Assembly: GCA_963662315.1 (NCBI GenBank)
Contig: OY759353.1
Location: forward strand, 896,001 to 960,000
DNA length: 64,000 nucleotides
Source of the DNA: Geopsychrobacteraceae bacterium
GTDB taxonomy: Bacteria; Desulfobacterota; Desulfuromonadia; Desulfuromonadales; Geopsychrobacteraceae
Direction: 5' to 3'
A model generated the notes under the pieces. It saw nothing but the letters and a program-made list of their open reading frames with translations. It searched no databases and was not told where the DNA came from. Below are positions 50,064-60,510 of the stretch, piece by piece. The first letter of the stretch is position 1; each line of letters opens with the position of its first letter. Position numbers and translations under genes: made by a program.

Positions 50064-50837
50064 TTACCCTTTCAGGCCATCAATAACTGCTGCGACCTCA
50101 TCACGAAGTTGTTTATTCCCCTGCCCGTTTTCAAGGCGCAAAAACTGATTAAAATGGTCGATAGCTTCTTCAACACGGTCCTGATCCAAGCAAATATAAC
50201 CAAGCGTCAGAAAGCCCCCCGGGGAAGCAGCGTCAAGCTGTAACCCTTTAAGACAATATTCTTCAGCTGTTTCCAGCTGCTCTTTATCGTAATATAGATC
50301 AGCAAGATTGAGCAGGGGCTGAGGGTCTTCAGGATCAAGTTCGGCCGCCTTTGCAAAAAATTCAAGGGCTTCCTCTGCACGCTCCTGTGCCAGGCAGATA
50401 TCCCCAAGAGCATTTAAGGCAAAAACTGAATCCGGATCGATGCTAAGCGCCTGACGACAAGCACTCTCGGCAGCTTCAGGATCATCGATATTCACATAAG
50501 CCATAGCTTTACTGACCCAGGCATCAACCTCTTCCGGCTCAAGATCAATAATCTGCTGATAGGTTTTCAGCGCTTCGGCATTTTTATTTTCTTCAAGATA
50601 CAGATCTCCCAGGGTAAAAAGCAGATCAATATCTTCAGGGGCCAATTGCAGACCTGCTGACAAACTTTTATAAGCCTGTTTGTATTGCCCATTTTCGACC
50701 TGGGCCTCAGCGAGTAATTGCCAGGTCTCAGCCGCAGGTTGCAAATCAATAGCCTGCTGAAGAAAGCTGATTGCGGCTTTCAGATCACCATCATCCAGCG
50801 CTCGACTACCCTGTTCAAATAAATCTTCTGCAGACAT
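50064..50837 (-). CDS. Acidic tetratricopeptide-repeat protein
   Basis: About 7 TPR-like 34-aa repeats (A..LDP). Confidence 0.85.
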   Translation of the reverse strand: MSAEDLFEQGSRALDDGDLKAAISFLQQAIDLQPAAETWQLLAEAQVENGQYKQAYKSLSAGLQLAPEDIDLLFTLGDLYLEENKNAEALKTYQQIIDLEPEEVDAWVSKAMAYVNIDDPEAAESACRQALSIDPDSVFALNALGDICLAQERAEEALEFFAKAAELDPEDPQPLLNLADLYYDKEQLETAEEYCLKGLQLDAASPGGFLTLGYICLDQDRVEEAIDHFNQFLRLENGQGNKQLRDEVAAVIDGLKG

Positions 50838-50938
50838 TACGATGTACCTCCACTAACAATTAAAGTCCTTCTCCGGCGTATCCGGAGAGCGGGCACCAGT
50901 ATTAATCAGAAACTGGTCAGCGTTCTAGCTAAACCCTT

Positions 50939-51328
50939 CTAAAAGGCATTTTTCCGGACGACCTCAATTTTAAAACCGTCAGGATCTGTGACGAAATAAA
51001 ACTTTGGCGGGCTGCCTGGCAACCCTTTCATCGGCGTGGGGTTGAGCCCCATATCGGTATGTCGTTGATGAGATCCCTCAAGATCAGCGACGCCAACAGC
51101 CAGGTGCGAATATCCATCACCAATCACATAAGGCTGCTGCGGATCATAATTATAGGTAAGCTCCAGTTCAAAAGGTAATCCGGCCGAGGTCATATAACTT
51201 AAGGTAAATTTATGCTCCGGATAATCCTTTTTACGGGATATCTCAAAACCAAAAGCATCACGATAAAAGTTTTCTGATGCTTCAAGATTCATCACCCGGT
51301 AACAAATGTGTATCATCGGATATTCCAT
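50939..51328 (-). CDS. gloA: Lactoylglutathione lyase (glyoxalase I, VOC family)
   Basis: HICYRV, FY..FGF, ELELTYNY, GDGYSHLA, DPDGFKIE; AAGGAG RBS. Confidence 0.85.
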   Translation of the reverse strand: MEYPMIHICYRVMNLEASENFYRDAFGFEISRKKDYPEHKFTLSYMTSAGLPFELELTYNYDPQQPYVIGDGYSHLAVGVADLEGSHQRHTDMGLNPTPMKGLPGSPPKFYFVTDPDGFKIEVVRKNAF

Positions 51329-51358
51329 AAACACTCCTTATAAGAATATTTTGTTAAA

Positions 51359-51387
51359 TTGACATTATGCCGGTAGCTGATTATAGT
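51359..51387 (+). promoter_or_regulatory. Near-consensus sigma70 promoter of lpxH
   Basis: TTGACA (51359-64), 17 nt, TATAGT (51382-87); ATG follows 7 nt later. Confidence 0.7.
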
Positions 51388-51394
51388 CGCGGGC

Positions 51395-52108
51395 ATGAGA
51401 GCCATATTCCTATCAGATGCCCATCTGCGTCAACCGCAGGATAGAAACTACCAGTTATTAATTGATTTTCTTAATCAGCAAAAACAACTGGACGCCCTTT
51501 TTTTACTCGGAGATATTTTCGAATTCTGGCTGGGTTACCAGCATCTGGTATTCACACCCTACATGCCCTTACTGGAAAAACTGAGGCAGTTGACCCAGAA
51601 CGGAACGAAACTTTATTTCGTTGAAGGCAATCATGATTTTTTGCTGGGACCCTATTTTACCGAGACCCTGAAATGCTCAATCATAACCACCCGGCAGACC
51701 CTCACCTGGGATAATGTCAAGCTACACGTTTGCCATGGTGACTTGCTGAACCCGGGAGCGGGTTATCTCCAATTACGAAAATTCTGGCGCTGTAGTCCGG
51801 TTCAGGCGCTTGCAAAGATCGTTCACCCGGACCTGGTCTGGAAGTTCGCCATCTGGCTAAGTAACAAAAGCAGCAAAAACGACCCGAACCGCCCCCATCA
51901 CAACCCACTCCCCCACCTGCGTCGTTATGCTGACAATATTGCCGCAGGGTGTGACTTCATCATCTGCGGTCATTTTCACTTTCCAACCACAGAACAACAC
52001 AAGAAGACTCAACTGATCGCACTGGGCGACTGGATAACCCAATTCAGTTACGCCGAACTAAAAGATGGCGTCATGCAACTGAAATCTTATTCCCCCGAGC
52101 GCGATTGA
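51395..52108 (+). CDS. lpxH: UDP-2,3-diacylglucosamine diphosphatase (LpxH-like)
   Basis: FLSDAHL, LGDIFEFW, GNHD, HGD, GHFH, LGDW. Confidence 0.85.
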   Translation: MRAIFLSDAHLRQPQDRNYQLLIDFLNQQKQLDALFLLGDIFEFWLGYQHLVFTPYMPLLEKLRQLTQNGTKLYFVEGNHDFLLGPYFTETLKCSIITTRQTLTWDNVKLHVCHGDLLNPGAGYLQLRKFWRCSPVQALAKIVHPDLVWKFAIWLSNKSSKNDPNRPHHNPLPHLRRYADNIAAGCDFIICGHFHFPTTEQHKKTQLIALGDWITQFSYAELKDGVMQLKSYSPERD

Positions 52109-53472
52109 TCACACAAGAGGATCGTTCCCTCAGTCCCCAGCTTTGAACTTTTTTCAACCAGATCTTTAAGATTCAGGGTGCCAAGGTTTTCGGCAATAAC
52201 TGTCTCAAGTTCAAGGTACGACTGCAATGCAACCTGAACCTGCGGGTGCTGAGACAAATGGCGTACCTCTTTGCCGTAATGACGCATATCCTGATAAAAC
52301 TGCTGCAGGGTTAAACTATCAGCAGCACGCCCAAGCTGATAGAGAGAGCGCCCGGACTTACTCTGTAACTCAGCCACAAAGCCAAGTTTTACCAGGGATT
52401 TCAAAATACTGCGACACAATCTGGGAGGAGCGAAGATAAAACTGGCCAACTGTTCCTGTCCCATAGCGCCCTGACCATTCTGAAAACGCTCAGCCAGGGT
52501 TACCATCATGGCCAGTGCGATCTCTTCATAACTGTTACGACTGACTTCACTGCGACGCAGATCTCTACCACTGGTCCGCAAATTCTGTTTGGCATAACAG
52601 ATCCCAAGGCCAAACAGTACAATCACCCACGATAGATAAACCCAGACCATAAATATCGGTAACGCCGCCATGGTGCCATAAATCGCGTTATAGCGGCCAA
52701 CACCGACCTGAAAATGAACGTAACCGACCTGAGCCAGTTGCCACAGGGTACCACCGACAATTCCCCCGGCCAGAGCTGCCCGCCAGTCAACCCGGGTGTT
52801 CGACATGAAAATATACAACCCGGAAAAAGCCAGCCACATAAAGACGAAAGGAATAATTTTAAACAAGGTCAGGACCAGAGTGCCAACCATGTGCATTTCC
52901 ATCAGAGTCTGCACGACGCGATTGCTGGCCAGGCTCGATGTCATGGAAATTGCGCTAATCACCAGCACTGGACCAACCAGAATCACCGACAGATAATCGG
53001 AAAAACGCCGGAGAAATGGTCGTACTGATGGCACCCCCCAAACATGATTGAAACTCTTTTCAATATTTGTCAGTAGTGAAACAACGGCCAACAGTAAAAA
53101 GACCAGTCCAAATGCCCCTAACTGCGCAACCTGGGTGTTATTGATATAACCAAGAATCGCATCGGCGATGTGGCCATTGCCAACATTCAGTTTTTCCAGA
53201 ATCAACGGCTGCAACAGGTTCTGGACCCCAAATGCTTTTAGTAAAGCAAAAGTCAAGGCCAACAGTGGGACCAGTGATAGCATAGAATAGTAGGTCAATG
53301 CGGCTGCCCGAAGAAGCGTCTGATTAGCCGCAAAATCACTGATCACCAGGGCAACAGTCTGAATCTGACGCAACCCCAGACGTTTTAACCAGCTTAATTC
53401 CGTGGGATTATGCCCCCAGATCAGCTCGCTGATCCAAATCCGCCAATATTCCGTCAGAGATTTGTTTGCCAT
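52087..53472 (-). CDS. YihY/virulence factor BrkB family membrane protein with C-terminal winged-helix-like extension
   Basis: AAALTYYSMLSLVP, IEKSFNHVW, YNAIYGTMAALP, WVYLSW; soluble C-terminal ~150 aa. Confidence 0.85.
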   Translation of the reverse strand: MANKSLTEYWRIWISELIWGHNPTELSWLKRLGLRQIQTVALVISDFAANQTLLRAAALTYYSMLSLVPLLALTFALLKAFGVQNLLQPLILEKLNVGNGHIADAILGYINNTQVAQLGAFGLVFLLLAVVSLLTNIEKSFNHVWGVPSVRPFLRRFSDYLSVILVGPVLVISAISMTSSLASNRVVQTLMEMHMVGTLVLTLFKIIPFVFMWLAFSGLYIFMSNTRVDWRAALAGGIVGGTLWQLAQVGYVHFQVGVGRYNAIYGTMAALPIFMVWVYLSWVIVLFGLGICYAKQNLRTSGRDLRRSEVSRNSYEEIALAMMVTLAERFQNGQGAMGQEQLASFIFAPPRLCRSILKSLVKLGFVAELQSKSGRSLYQLGRAADSLTLQQFYQDMRHYGKEVRHLSQHPQVQVALQSYLELETVIAENLGTLNLKDLVEKSSKLGTEGTILLCDQSRSGE

Positions 53473-53556
53473 AAGTTAAAACCAGTAATAATTGTTTTCG
53501 CGAGGGCCTGTATTTAATTAGACCTTACGCAATGTCTACCACACCATGGCCCTTTA

Positions 53557-54966
53557 TTACAGAGCAACCTGTTCAACGGGCATACCCAGTTTTTCCACAT
53601 CATCAGCATATTCCACACTATGCCCGACCAGTACCACCTGCAACTGTTCAGGGTGCAGATACTGCTGACACACCCGCAACACGTCTGCTACCGTAACTGC
53701 TGAAATATGTTCCTGATAATGTTCTAAATAATCCCGTGGATAATCAAAATAATCAAGCCGAACCTGACGTGCGACTACGTCATGAGTGTTGTCAAAAGCA
53801 AAGACAAAAGAGTTGATCAGACTTTGTTTCGCAAGTTCCAGCTCCGCCTCAGACACAGGTTCGCTTCGAATTTGTCTGATCAATTTTAACATAAGAGCAA
53901 CGACTTCTGGTGTGGACGCACTTTTTGTCTCTGAGCTGGCAATAAAAAACCCCGGCAAATAACGACCTACCTGGAAATAGGAATAAACAGAATAAGCAAG
54001 ACCACGATTGGATCTGACTTCTCGCATCAACCGCGAGTTAAAACCACCTCCGCCAAGGATAAAGTTGGCAACCAAAAGTGCATACTGATCGGGATTATCC
54101 TTACTGATACCATCATGCCCCATCAGAATCGTCGTCTGTGGAATATCCTTATTCACAAGTAGAATCCTACCAGGCGGAGCCTCTGGCAATGTTGGAATTT
54201 CACGAACAAAAGAATCTCCTGTCGGCCAGTTACTCAACAAACCTTCAAATTGTTTCTTAACTTTTACAGGGCTGACATCACCGGAAATAGCGAACCAAAA
54301 GTTTGCCGGATGAAAAAAACGCTCATGAACTTTTCGCAGATCATCACGGGTTATGGCATTGACGGTCTCACGTGTAGCGGAAGCACCAAGGGGATGGCCA
54401 CCGGCTAGAGATTCATCGAGCAATCGCTGCGCAATAGCCCCGGGCTCATCATTCTGGCGCTGGATCCCTTCGAGCAGTTGTTGACGAGCTAACTCAAACC
54501 GGGTCTGGTCAAAAGCCGGATCGCGCAACAGATCGGTCAAAATTTCGAGGGAACGGGAAAGATCATCCCGATGCACGGCGAGGTTAACAGTGTAACCATA
54601 GAGTCCACTCTCAACACTCAATGCGGCGGCCATTCCTTCGAGTTCACGTTCGACCTGGTCAGCGCTTGAATTCCGGGTTCCGCCAGTGGCCAGAGTGCGC
54701 GCAAACAGCGCCGAAAGACCGGTTTTGTCTAGTGGGTCATAGATACTTCCGCCCTCAACCATCAGAGTCAGATTGACCAGAGGCAGTTCATGATCCTCTT
54801 TCAGATACAGGCGTGCACCGTCTACAAGACGCTCAACACCAACATCAGGGAAATGAAACTGCAGGGGTGGAAAAGTTAACTGATCGGGACGCTTTTGAAC
54901 TACAGATGAGTTCGGCAGACAACCAGCCAACAGACAAACGGCAAGAATATAGGCAACGAGCTTCAT
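53557..54966 (-). CDS. M16 (pitrilysin) family subunit lacking HxxEH; lipoprotein
   Basis: Lipobox LAGC, DHELP, SRLMREVRSNRGLAYSV; no Zn motif. Confidence 0.88.
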   Translation of the reverse strand: MKLVAYILAVCLLAGCLPNSSVVQKRPDQLTFPPLQFHFPDVGVERLVDGARLYLKEDHELPLVNLTLMVEGGSIYDPLDKTGLSALFARTLATGGTRNSSADQVERELEGMAAALSVESGLYGYTVNLAVHRDDLSRSLEILTDLLRDPAFDQTRFELARQQLLEGIQRQNDEPGAIAQRLLDESLAGGHPLGASATRETVNAITRDDLRKVHERFFHPANFWFAISGDVSPVKVKKQFEGLLSNWPTGDSFVREIPTLPEAPPGRILLVNKDIPQTTILMGHDGISKDNPDQYALLVANFILGGGGFNSRLMREVRSNRGLAYSVYSYFQVGRYLPGFFIASSETKSASTPEVVALMLKLIRQIRSEPVSEAELELAKQSLINSFVFAFDNTHDVVARQVRLDYFDYPRDYLEHYQEHISAVTVADVLRVCQQYLHPEQLQVVLVGHSVEYADDVEKLGMPVEQVAL

Positions 54967-56456
54967 TAGAGTTGATCTCCCCGGCTCAAAGTGGCCACGG
55001 TTTTGTTGTCCTCAGTAAAATAGCGCTTGGCAACGGCCATGACGTCTTCTGGTGTAACTTTTTTCAGCATCGCTTCATAGTTGACAAGATACTGCCAGTC
55101 ACCCAACGCCTGGTAGGAAGACAAAATGCGCGCCAGGCCGGAATTATCCTGCAAACGACTCAGCATTCCGGTGTTGATTTGTTTTTTAGCTTTATTCAGT
55201 TCGGCATAGGTCACCGGATCAAGCTTCAAGCGCTCAAGCTCATTGTACAATGCCTTTTCAACCTGAGCAAAAGATACACCCTGGCGTGGCGACAGCGCTA
55301 AAATCATCAGGTTATCATAACGTGATCCGGGTGCCGTAAAGCTCCCGGCATTGAGCACCAGCTGCTGTTGCAGAACCAGTGCCTGATAGAGGCGCGAAGT
55401 GCGCCCTTCGGTCAAAATCTGCATAATCACATCGAAGACATAATCGTCATAGTCAGGCATGGTCGGCTTGTGGAAGGCCACCATCATCTGCGCTTCGGCG
55501 TCAAAATCAATATGAACACGCCGCTGCCCGTTTTGTGGTGGCTCCTTGTCTGTCACGACAGGAACAGGAACACCAGGATCAAGAGGGCCAAAGTAACGCA
55601 TAATCAGATCAAGAGCCTGGGCACTGTCAAAATCCCCGACCAGAGTAATAACCATATTAGCGGGCCGATAATATTTCTGAAAGAAACTGCGAATATTTTC
55701 GAGGCTTAAGTTATCAATGTCGGAATTCCAGCCAATGACAGGGTCACGGTAAGGGTGCACTTTAAATGCTGTCGCCAGTAGAGTCTCATAAAGCATCCCC
55801 CCGGGGTCACTTTCATAAGACCTGCGCCGTTCCTCATGAACCACATCACGTTCGGTGTAGAATTCACGGAACACGGCATTCTGTAAACGATCTGATTCTA
55901 TAGCCGCCCACAATTCCAACTTATTGGCAGGCAGATTAATCAGATAAGTGGTCTGATCCTTTCCGGTAAACGCGTTATACCCCATCCCGCCGTTTTCTGA
56001 GTAAATGCGGGAAAATTCATCCTTCACAACCAGAGTACGATGTTGTCCCTGGAGAGTTTTGAGCTGAGCCTTAAGCTGGTCCAGTTCAGTCTGATCATGA
56101 TCAGGCTGATTTTTCAGCAGATCAATTCGGCTGCCAAGGGTTTCTATTTGGTCCAGAAGTTTCTTTTCAGCCTGATAATTTCTGGTACCCAGAGTTTTGG
56201 TTCCCTTAAATAGCATATGTTCAAGCAGATGCGCAGCCCCGCGCTGGTTGCTAAGTTCATTGACGGAGCCAACCCTGAAACTGATATAAGCCGCTACCGT
56301 TGGTGATGAATGACGCTCAACCAGCAATACAGTTGCACCATTCTCCAATTTATGCTGCTGAACTTTATCAACCAGGGTCTGTGCGCCGGCAGCGGAAACA
56401 GAAACAAACAGTATAAAAAGCAAAAAGCTTTTAAGAATAACATGGTTCATAGGCAC
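54966..56456 (-). CDS. M16 (pitrilysin) family zinc protease, catalytic subunit
   Basis: Signal peptide, GAAHLLEHMLFKGT, NAFT, VHEERR, HPY. Confidence 0.92.
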   Translation of the reverse strand: MPMNHVILKSFLLFILFVSVSAAGAQTLVDKVQQHKLENGATVLLVERHSSPTVAAYISFRVGSVNELSNQRGAAHLLEHMLFKGTKTLGTRNYQAEKKLLDQIETLGSRIDLLKNQPDHDQTELDQLKAQLKTLQGQHRTLVVKDEFSRIYSENGGMGYNAFTGKDQTTYLINLPANKLELWAAIESDRLQNAVFREFYTERDVVHEERRRSYESDPGGMLYETLLATAFKVHPYRDPVIGWNSDIDNLSLENIRSFFQKYYRPANMVITLVGDFDSAQALDLIMRYFGPLDPGVPVPVVTDKEPPQNGQRRVHIDFDAEAQMMVAFHKPTMPDYDDYVFDVIMQILTEGRTSRLYQALVLQQQLVLNAGSFTAPGSRYDNLMILALSPRQGVSFAQVEKALYNELERLKLDPVTYAELNKAKKQINTGMLSRLQDNSGLARILSSYQALGDWQYLVNYEAMLKKVTPEDVMAVAKRYFTEDNKTVATLSRGDQL

Positions 56457-56887
56457 ATATCCTTCTGATTCAGTTTAATCAATAATCTGCTAAGAGCTGG
56501 AAACGCTCATGTCGGAGGCCATTCTATCGCAATCGGAGGGAAGAAACCAGAGATGCTTCAGGCAACAAAGCATATCCCCATAAGTAAACCGACAGAAGAT
56601 ATGATAAAAAAACAACCGAAAGGAGCCCTCTTGTTCTTTCACAAAAAGCAGCGTAAGCTAAATTCACATAAGACAAATCGGGAACTTAGTAACACCGATC
56701 TAGGCGAATATGAAAGGACAAACTTTTTTCATGCTGATTGCGGATGGCAATATTGCGGTATCTGGCAACCAAGAGACGTAGCCAAACTATTTGCCGATAA
56801 TCAGGTAAGCTTACAAAGTCATCATCAAATATTAACACTGACCAGCGAAATTCAGATCATCAACTTGACCATGGAGAATGAACAAAT

Positions 56888-57850
56888 ATGAAACGCATTG
56901 CAGTTTTAACCAGCGGTGGCGATTGCTCCGGTATGAACGCTACGGTCCGCGCCGTTGTCCGTGCCGGACTGGTCTGCGGCCTAGAAGTTATAGGCATTCA
57001 AAAAGGCTACCAGGGGCTTATTGACCGCCTTTATGAGATTATGTCCACGAAATCAGTCAGTAATGTTCTACAGCGTGGCGGCACTTTTCTGCAAAGTGCC
57101 CGTTGCAAAGAGATGCGCACTGAAGAAGGGTTACGACTTGCCTGCCAGAATCTCAAAGGAATGGGGGTTGAAGGGCTCATCGTTATTGGTGGAGACGGCT
57201 CCCTTAGGGGCGCGCACGCCATCAACAGCCATGGAATTCCGGTAATAGGCATTCCTGCATCCATTGACAATGATATCCCTTTCACCGATACATCGTTGGG
57301 GGTTGATACGGCTTTAAACAACATCATCCGCGCCGTTGACAATCTGAAAGATACTGCAAGTTCTCACGACCGGGCATTTATCGTTGAGATTATGGGACGT
57401 AATTGTGGTTATTTGGCCGTCGTTGCCGCTATTGCTTCTGGTGCTGAATACAGCCTGATCCCCGAAGAACCGTATGATCTCAACCAAATCTGTACATCGT
57501 TGCGGAAACGTTACCAGGAAAAACGGACCAACGCCATTATCTTGGTTGCTGAAGGAGCAGGAAAAGCCCAGGATATCGCAACCCAGATAAAGGACAGTAT
57601 TGGTTTTGAAACCCGCGTCATTGTCCTTGGCCATTACCAGCGTGGTGGTTCCCCCTCGGTCTTTGACCGCACTCTCGGGGCCCGCTTCGGTCAGTCTGCC
57701 GTTGAAGCATTGTTAAATGGCGTTGGAGGAAAGATGGTAGGCCTTGACGGTGCCGATATTGTCCTGACCGACCTTGAGCAGGTAACCAGCGCCGGAATCA
57801 GGCCGATCAACCCGCTCTACCCGCGCCTGGCCAACCAACTCTCTTTATGA
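56888..57850 (+). CDS. pfkA: ATP-dependent 6-phosphofructokinase
   Basis: TSGGDCSGMN, GGTFLQSAR, GGDGS, SIDND, MGRNCG, LGHYQRGG. Confidence 0.95.
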   Translation: MKRIAVLTSGGDCSGMNATVRAVVRAGLVCGLEVIGIQKGYQGLIDRLYEIMSTKSVSNVLQRGGTFLQSARCKEMRTEEGLRLACQNLKGMGVEGLIVIGGDGSLRGAHAINSHGIPVIGIPASIDNDIPFTDTSLGVDTALNNIIRAVDNLKDTASSHDRAFIVEIMGRNCGYLAVVAAIASGAEYSLIPEEPYDLNQICTSLRKRYQEKRTNAIILVAEGAGKAQDIATQIKDSIGFETRVIVLGHYQRGGSPSVFDRTLGARFGQSAVEALLNGVGGKMVGLDGADIVLTDLEQVTSAGIRPINPLYPRLANQLSL

Positions 57851-57862
57851 CGGAAAAAAAGG

Positions 57863-57896
57863 AGCGAGTGGACCTATAAAATAAGGTCCACTCGCT
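57863..57896. terminator. Strong hairpin after pfkA
   Basis: AGCGAGTGGACCT-N8-AGGTCCACTCGCT; an A7 run precedes it on the + strand. Confidence 0.6.
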
Positions 57897-58032
57897 GACA
57901 ATCCTGCCACTATTCACCGAAAACAGTTTTCTTTACCAGCTTGCAGCCCCTTGCGAACTGTCAACTAAATGCTACCCTTTTAATATGCACAACAGTCAAT
58001 TCCCCTGATACTGCTGCAGAAAGGAGTCTTTC

Positions 58033-60429
58033 GTGGAAGATCTGCGTCTCAACTCCGACTCACTACGCTGGCGATGCGAAACGACCCAATTTCAATTCAC
58101 CTCAACGGCTGACCTCCCCCCCCTTGACATGACCATCGGACAGGAACGTGCCCTTGCGGCCATCGATTTTGGCCTGGGAATCAATGACTGCGGCTTCAAC
58201 CTGTTCATTCTGGGCCATCCGGGCAGCGGTCGCTCTTCAACCATTAAAAAAATACTGGAATCAAAGGCGCAGGACCAGGAGCCACCTTCGGACTGGTGCT
58301 ATGTTTATGACTTCAATGGTGGCAGCAACCCGGAACATATCCGACTGCCAGCGGGCAAAGGGCCAGAGCTGAAAAAAGATCTCGACAAACTGGTGGAACG
58401 TCTTACAGAAGAAGTGCCTAAATGTTTTGACAGCAAGGAATATCAGGAGCAGAAAAAGAGAATCAGCCAAACCTACCAGGAGACCAAAAAGAAACTCTTC
58501 CAGACTCTGGAAAAACTCTGCTTTGAGAATGGCTTTTCTATTCAACAGGCTCCAAACGGACTGGTTTTAGTGCCCCTTAAAGAGGGTAAACCAATTTCTC
58601 AAAAGGATTTTGAAGACCTTTCAGCAGAGCAGCGCGACAATCTCGACCAGAAAGGGACCATGCTCCAGGAGCACATCGATGATTTTCTGCTGAACATTAG
58701 AAAAATCGACGACGAGTTACGTGAAAAGATCATGAACGTGGCCCGTGAGGTGCTGCTTTACACCATAGGCCACCTGTTTGAGGCCCTTGAAACAAAATAT
58801 TCTTACCAGAAACGGGTCATAGAACATTTCAGCCACTGCAAAAAAGACATCATCAAGCAAATTGAAGAACTTCACGACCAGGAGCAACCCCGCATCCACA
58901 TTCCCGGTCTGACGCCACAGCCAAGCGGCCCAACTTTTGAAAATTACCGGGTAAACCTGATTATAGATAATACGACACTGAAAGGAGCCCCGGTTATCTA
59001 CGAAGCCAACCCCACCTATTTCAATGTCTTCGGAAGAATTGAACACATTATCCAGATGGGGAGCGCGGTCACCGATTTCCATATGATCAAGGCCGGAGCA
59101 TTGCACAAAGCCAATGGCGGCTACCTGATACTTGACTGTCGTGAGGTCCTGCTGAACCTTTTTACCTACGAAGCGTTGAAGCGGACGATTCGTAACAAAG
59201 AAATTCGTATTGAGGATATGGCAGAGCAATACCGCCTGATCGCGACCTTAAGCCTGAAACCGGAAGCCATTCCATTGGAATGCAAAATCGTCCTGATTGG
59301 CACGCCGGAACTCTATTACCTGTTGCTGCAGATGGACCCCGATTTTCGCAAATATTTCAAAGTGAAGGTCGACTTCGACCAGATGATGCGCAACAGCTAC
59401 GGCAATATCCAGTTATTTGCCATGTTTATCGGATCAAAATGCCGTGATGAAAAGTTGCTTCATTTTGAACCGGAGGCGGTATCACGCACCATAGAATTCT
59501 CCGCACGCCTGGTTGAAGATCAAAAACATTTATCAGCCAGTTTTTCTGCCATTACGGATCTTATCCACGAAGCTTCCTATTATGCCAATCGGGAGCATGC
59601 ACTTTTAGTGTCGGCCATTCACGTTGAACAGGCGCTGGAAGCACGCATTTATCGCTCCAACAAAATGGAAGAGCGCATCCGCGAATTGATCAAGGAAGGT
59701 ACTATTTTTATTGACACTGAAGGAGCTGTCATCGGCCAGATCAACGGCCTTGCCGTCTACCAGCTCGGGGACTACAACTTTGGAACCCCGTCCCGCCTGA
59801 CAGTCAGAACCTATCTGGGGAAGAACGGTATTATCAATATTGAACGGGAGGCCAAATTATCGGGATCGATTCATGATAAAGGCCTGTTGATTCTCAGTGG
59901 CTTCTTCGGCGAACGCTTTGGTAGTGATAAACCCCTCACCCTGTCAGCTTCAATCTGCTTTGAACAGAATTATGGTGGAATCGACGGCGACAGCGCATCC
60001 AGCACGGAACTCTACGCCTTACTTTCAAGCCTGTCGCGCCTGCCGCTGCGCCAGGATATTGCTGTCACAGGCAGTGTCAATCAATTGGGGAAAGTTCAGC
60101 CTATCGGTGGCGTAAATCAGAAAATCGAGGGTTTTTATGCCCTCTGCAAAGCCCGTGGACTGACCGGACAGCAAGGTGTCATTATTCCTGCAGCAAACAC
60201 CAAAAACCTGATGCTGAAAACGGAAGTCATCAAAGCGGTCGAACGCGGACAATTCACGATCTGGAAAGTCGACAGAATTGATCAGGGGATCGAAATCCTC
60301 ACCGGAGTAGAAGCCGGTAAGTTGCAGGAAGATGGGTCCTGGACACCGGGGTCGGTGAATGACCGGGTCAATAAGCGCCTGATAGAAATGGCCGAAATTG
60401 CCATACAGTTTGGTAAGAATGACAAGTAG
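58033..60429 (+). CDS. Lon-like S16 protease with AAA-like domain (LonC/YcbZ type)
   Basis: IGQERA, GHPGSGRSS, GALHKANGGYL, GQINGL, DGDSASSTE (Ser), GGVNQKIEGF (Lys). Confidence 0.9.
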   Translation: MEDLRLNSDSLRWRCETTQFQFTSTADLPPLDMTIGQERALAAIDFGLGINDCGFNLFILGHPGSGRSSTIKKILESKAQDQEPPSDWCYVYDFNGGSNPEHIRLPAGKGPELKKDLDKLVERLTEEVPKCFDSKEYQEQKKRISQTYQETKKKLFQTLEKLCFENGFSIQQAPNGLVLVPLKEGKPISQKDFEDLSAEQRDNLDQKGTMLQEHIDDFLLNIRKIDDELREKIMNVAREVLLYTIGHLFEALETKYSYQKRVIEHFSHCKKDIIKQIEELHDQEQPRIHIPGLTPQPSGPTFENYRVNLIIDNTTLKGAPVIYEANPTYFNVFGRIEHIIQMGSAVTDFHMIKAGALHKANGGYLILDCREVLLNLFTYEALKRTIRNKEIRIEDMAEQYRLIATLSLKPEAIPLECKIVLIGTPELYYLLLQMDPDFRKYFKVKVDFDQMMRNSYGNIQLFAMFIGSKCRDEKLLHFEPEAVSRTIEFSARLVEDQKHLSASFSAITDLIHEASYYANREHALLVSAIHVEQALEARIYRSNKMEERIRELIKEGTIFIDTEGAVIGQINGLAVYQLGDYNFGTPSRLTVRTYLGKNGIINIEREAKLSGSIHDKGLLILSGFFGERFGSDKPLTLSASICFEQNYGGIDGDSASSTELYALLSSLSRLPLRQDIAVTGSVNQLGKVQPIGGVNQKIEGFYALCKARGLTGQQGVIIPAANTKNLMLKTEVIKAVERGQFTIWKVDRIDQGIEILTGVEAGKLQEDGSWTPGSVNDRVNKRLIEMAEIAIQFGKNDK

Positions 60430-60479
60430 ACGAATACAAAATTGCGGTCATTGCAAGATCATACATCACGCGGATATAA

Positions 60480-60510
60480 ACAGGCTGGCGTCTACCGGAC
60501 GGTAGCCTGT
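60480..60510. terminator. Hairpin downstream of the Lon-like gene
   Basis: ACAGGCTGGCGTC-TACCG-GACGGTAGCCTGT, imperfect stem. Confidence 0.4.

Noticed and set aside
56553..56891. 112-aa ORF upstream of pfkA
   Set aside because: No recognisable domain; lies in a divergent promoter region. Cannot be supported, though not excluded.
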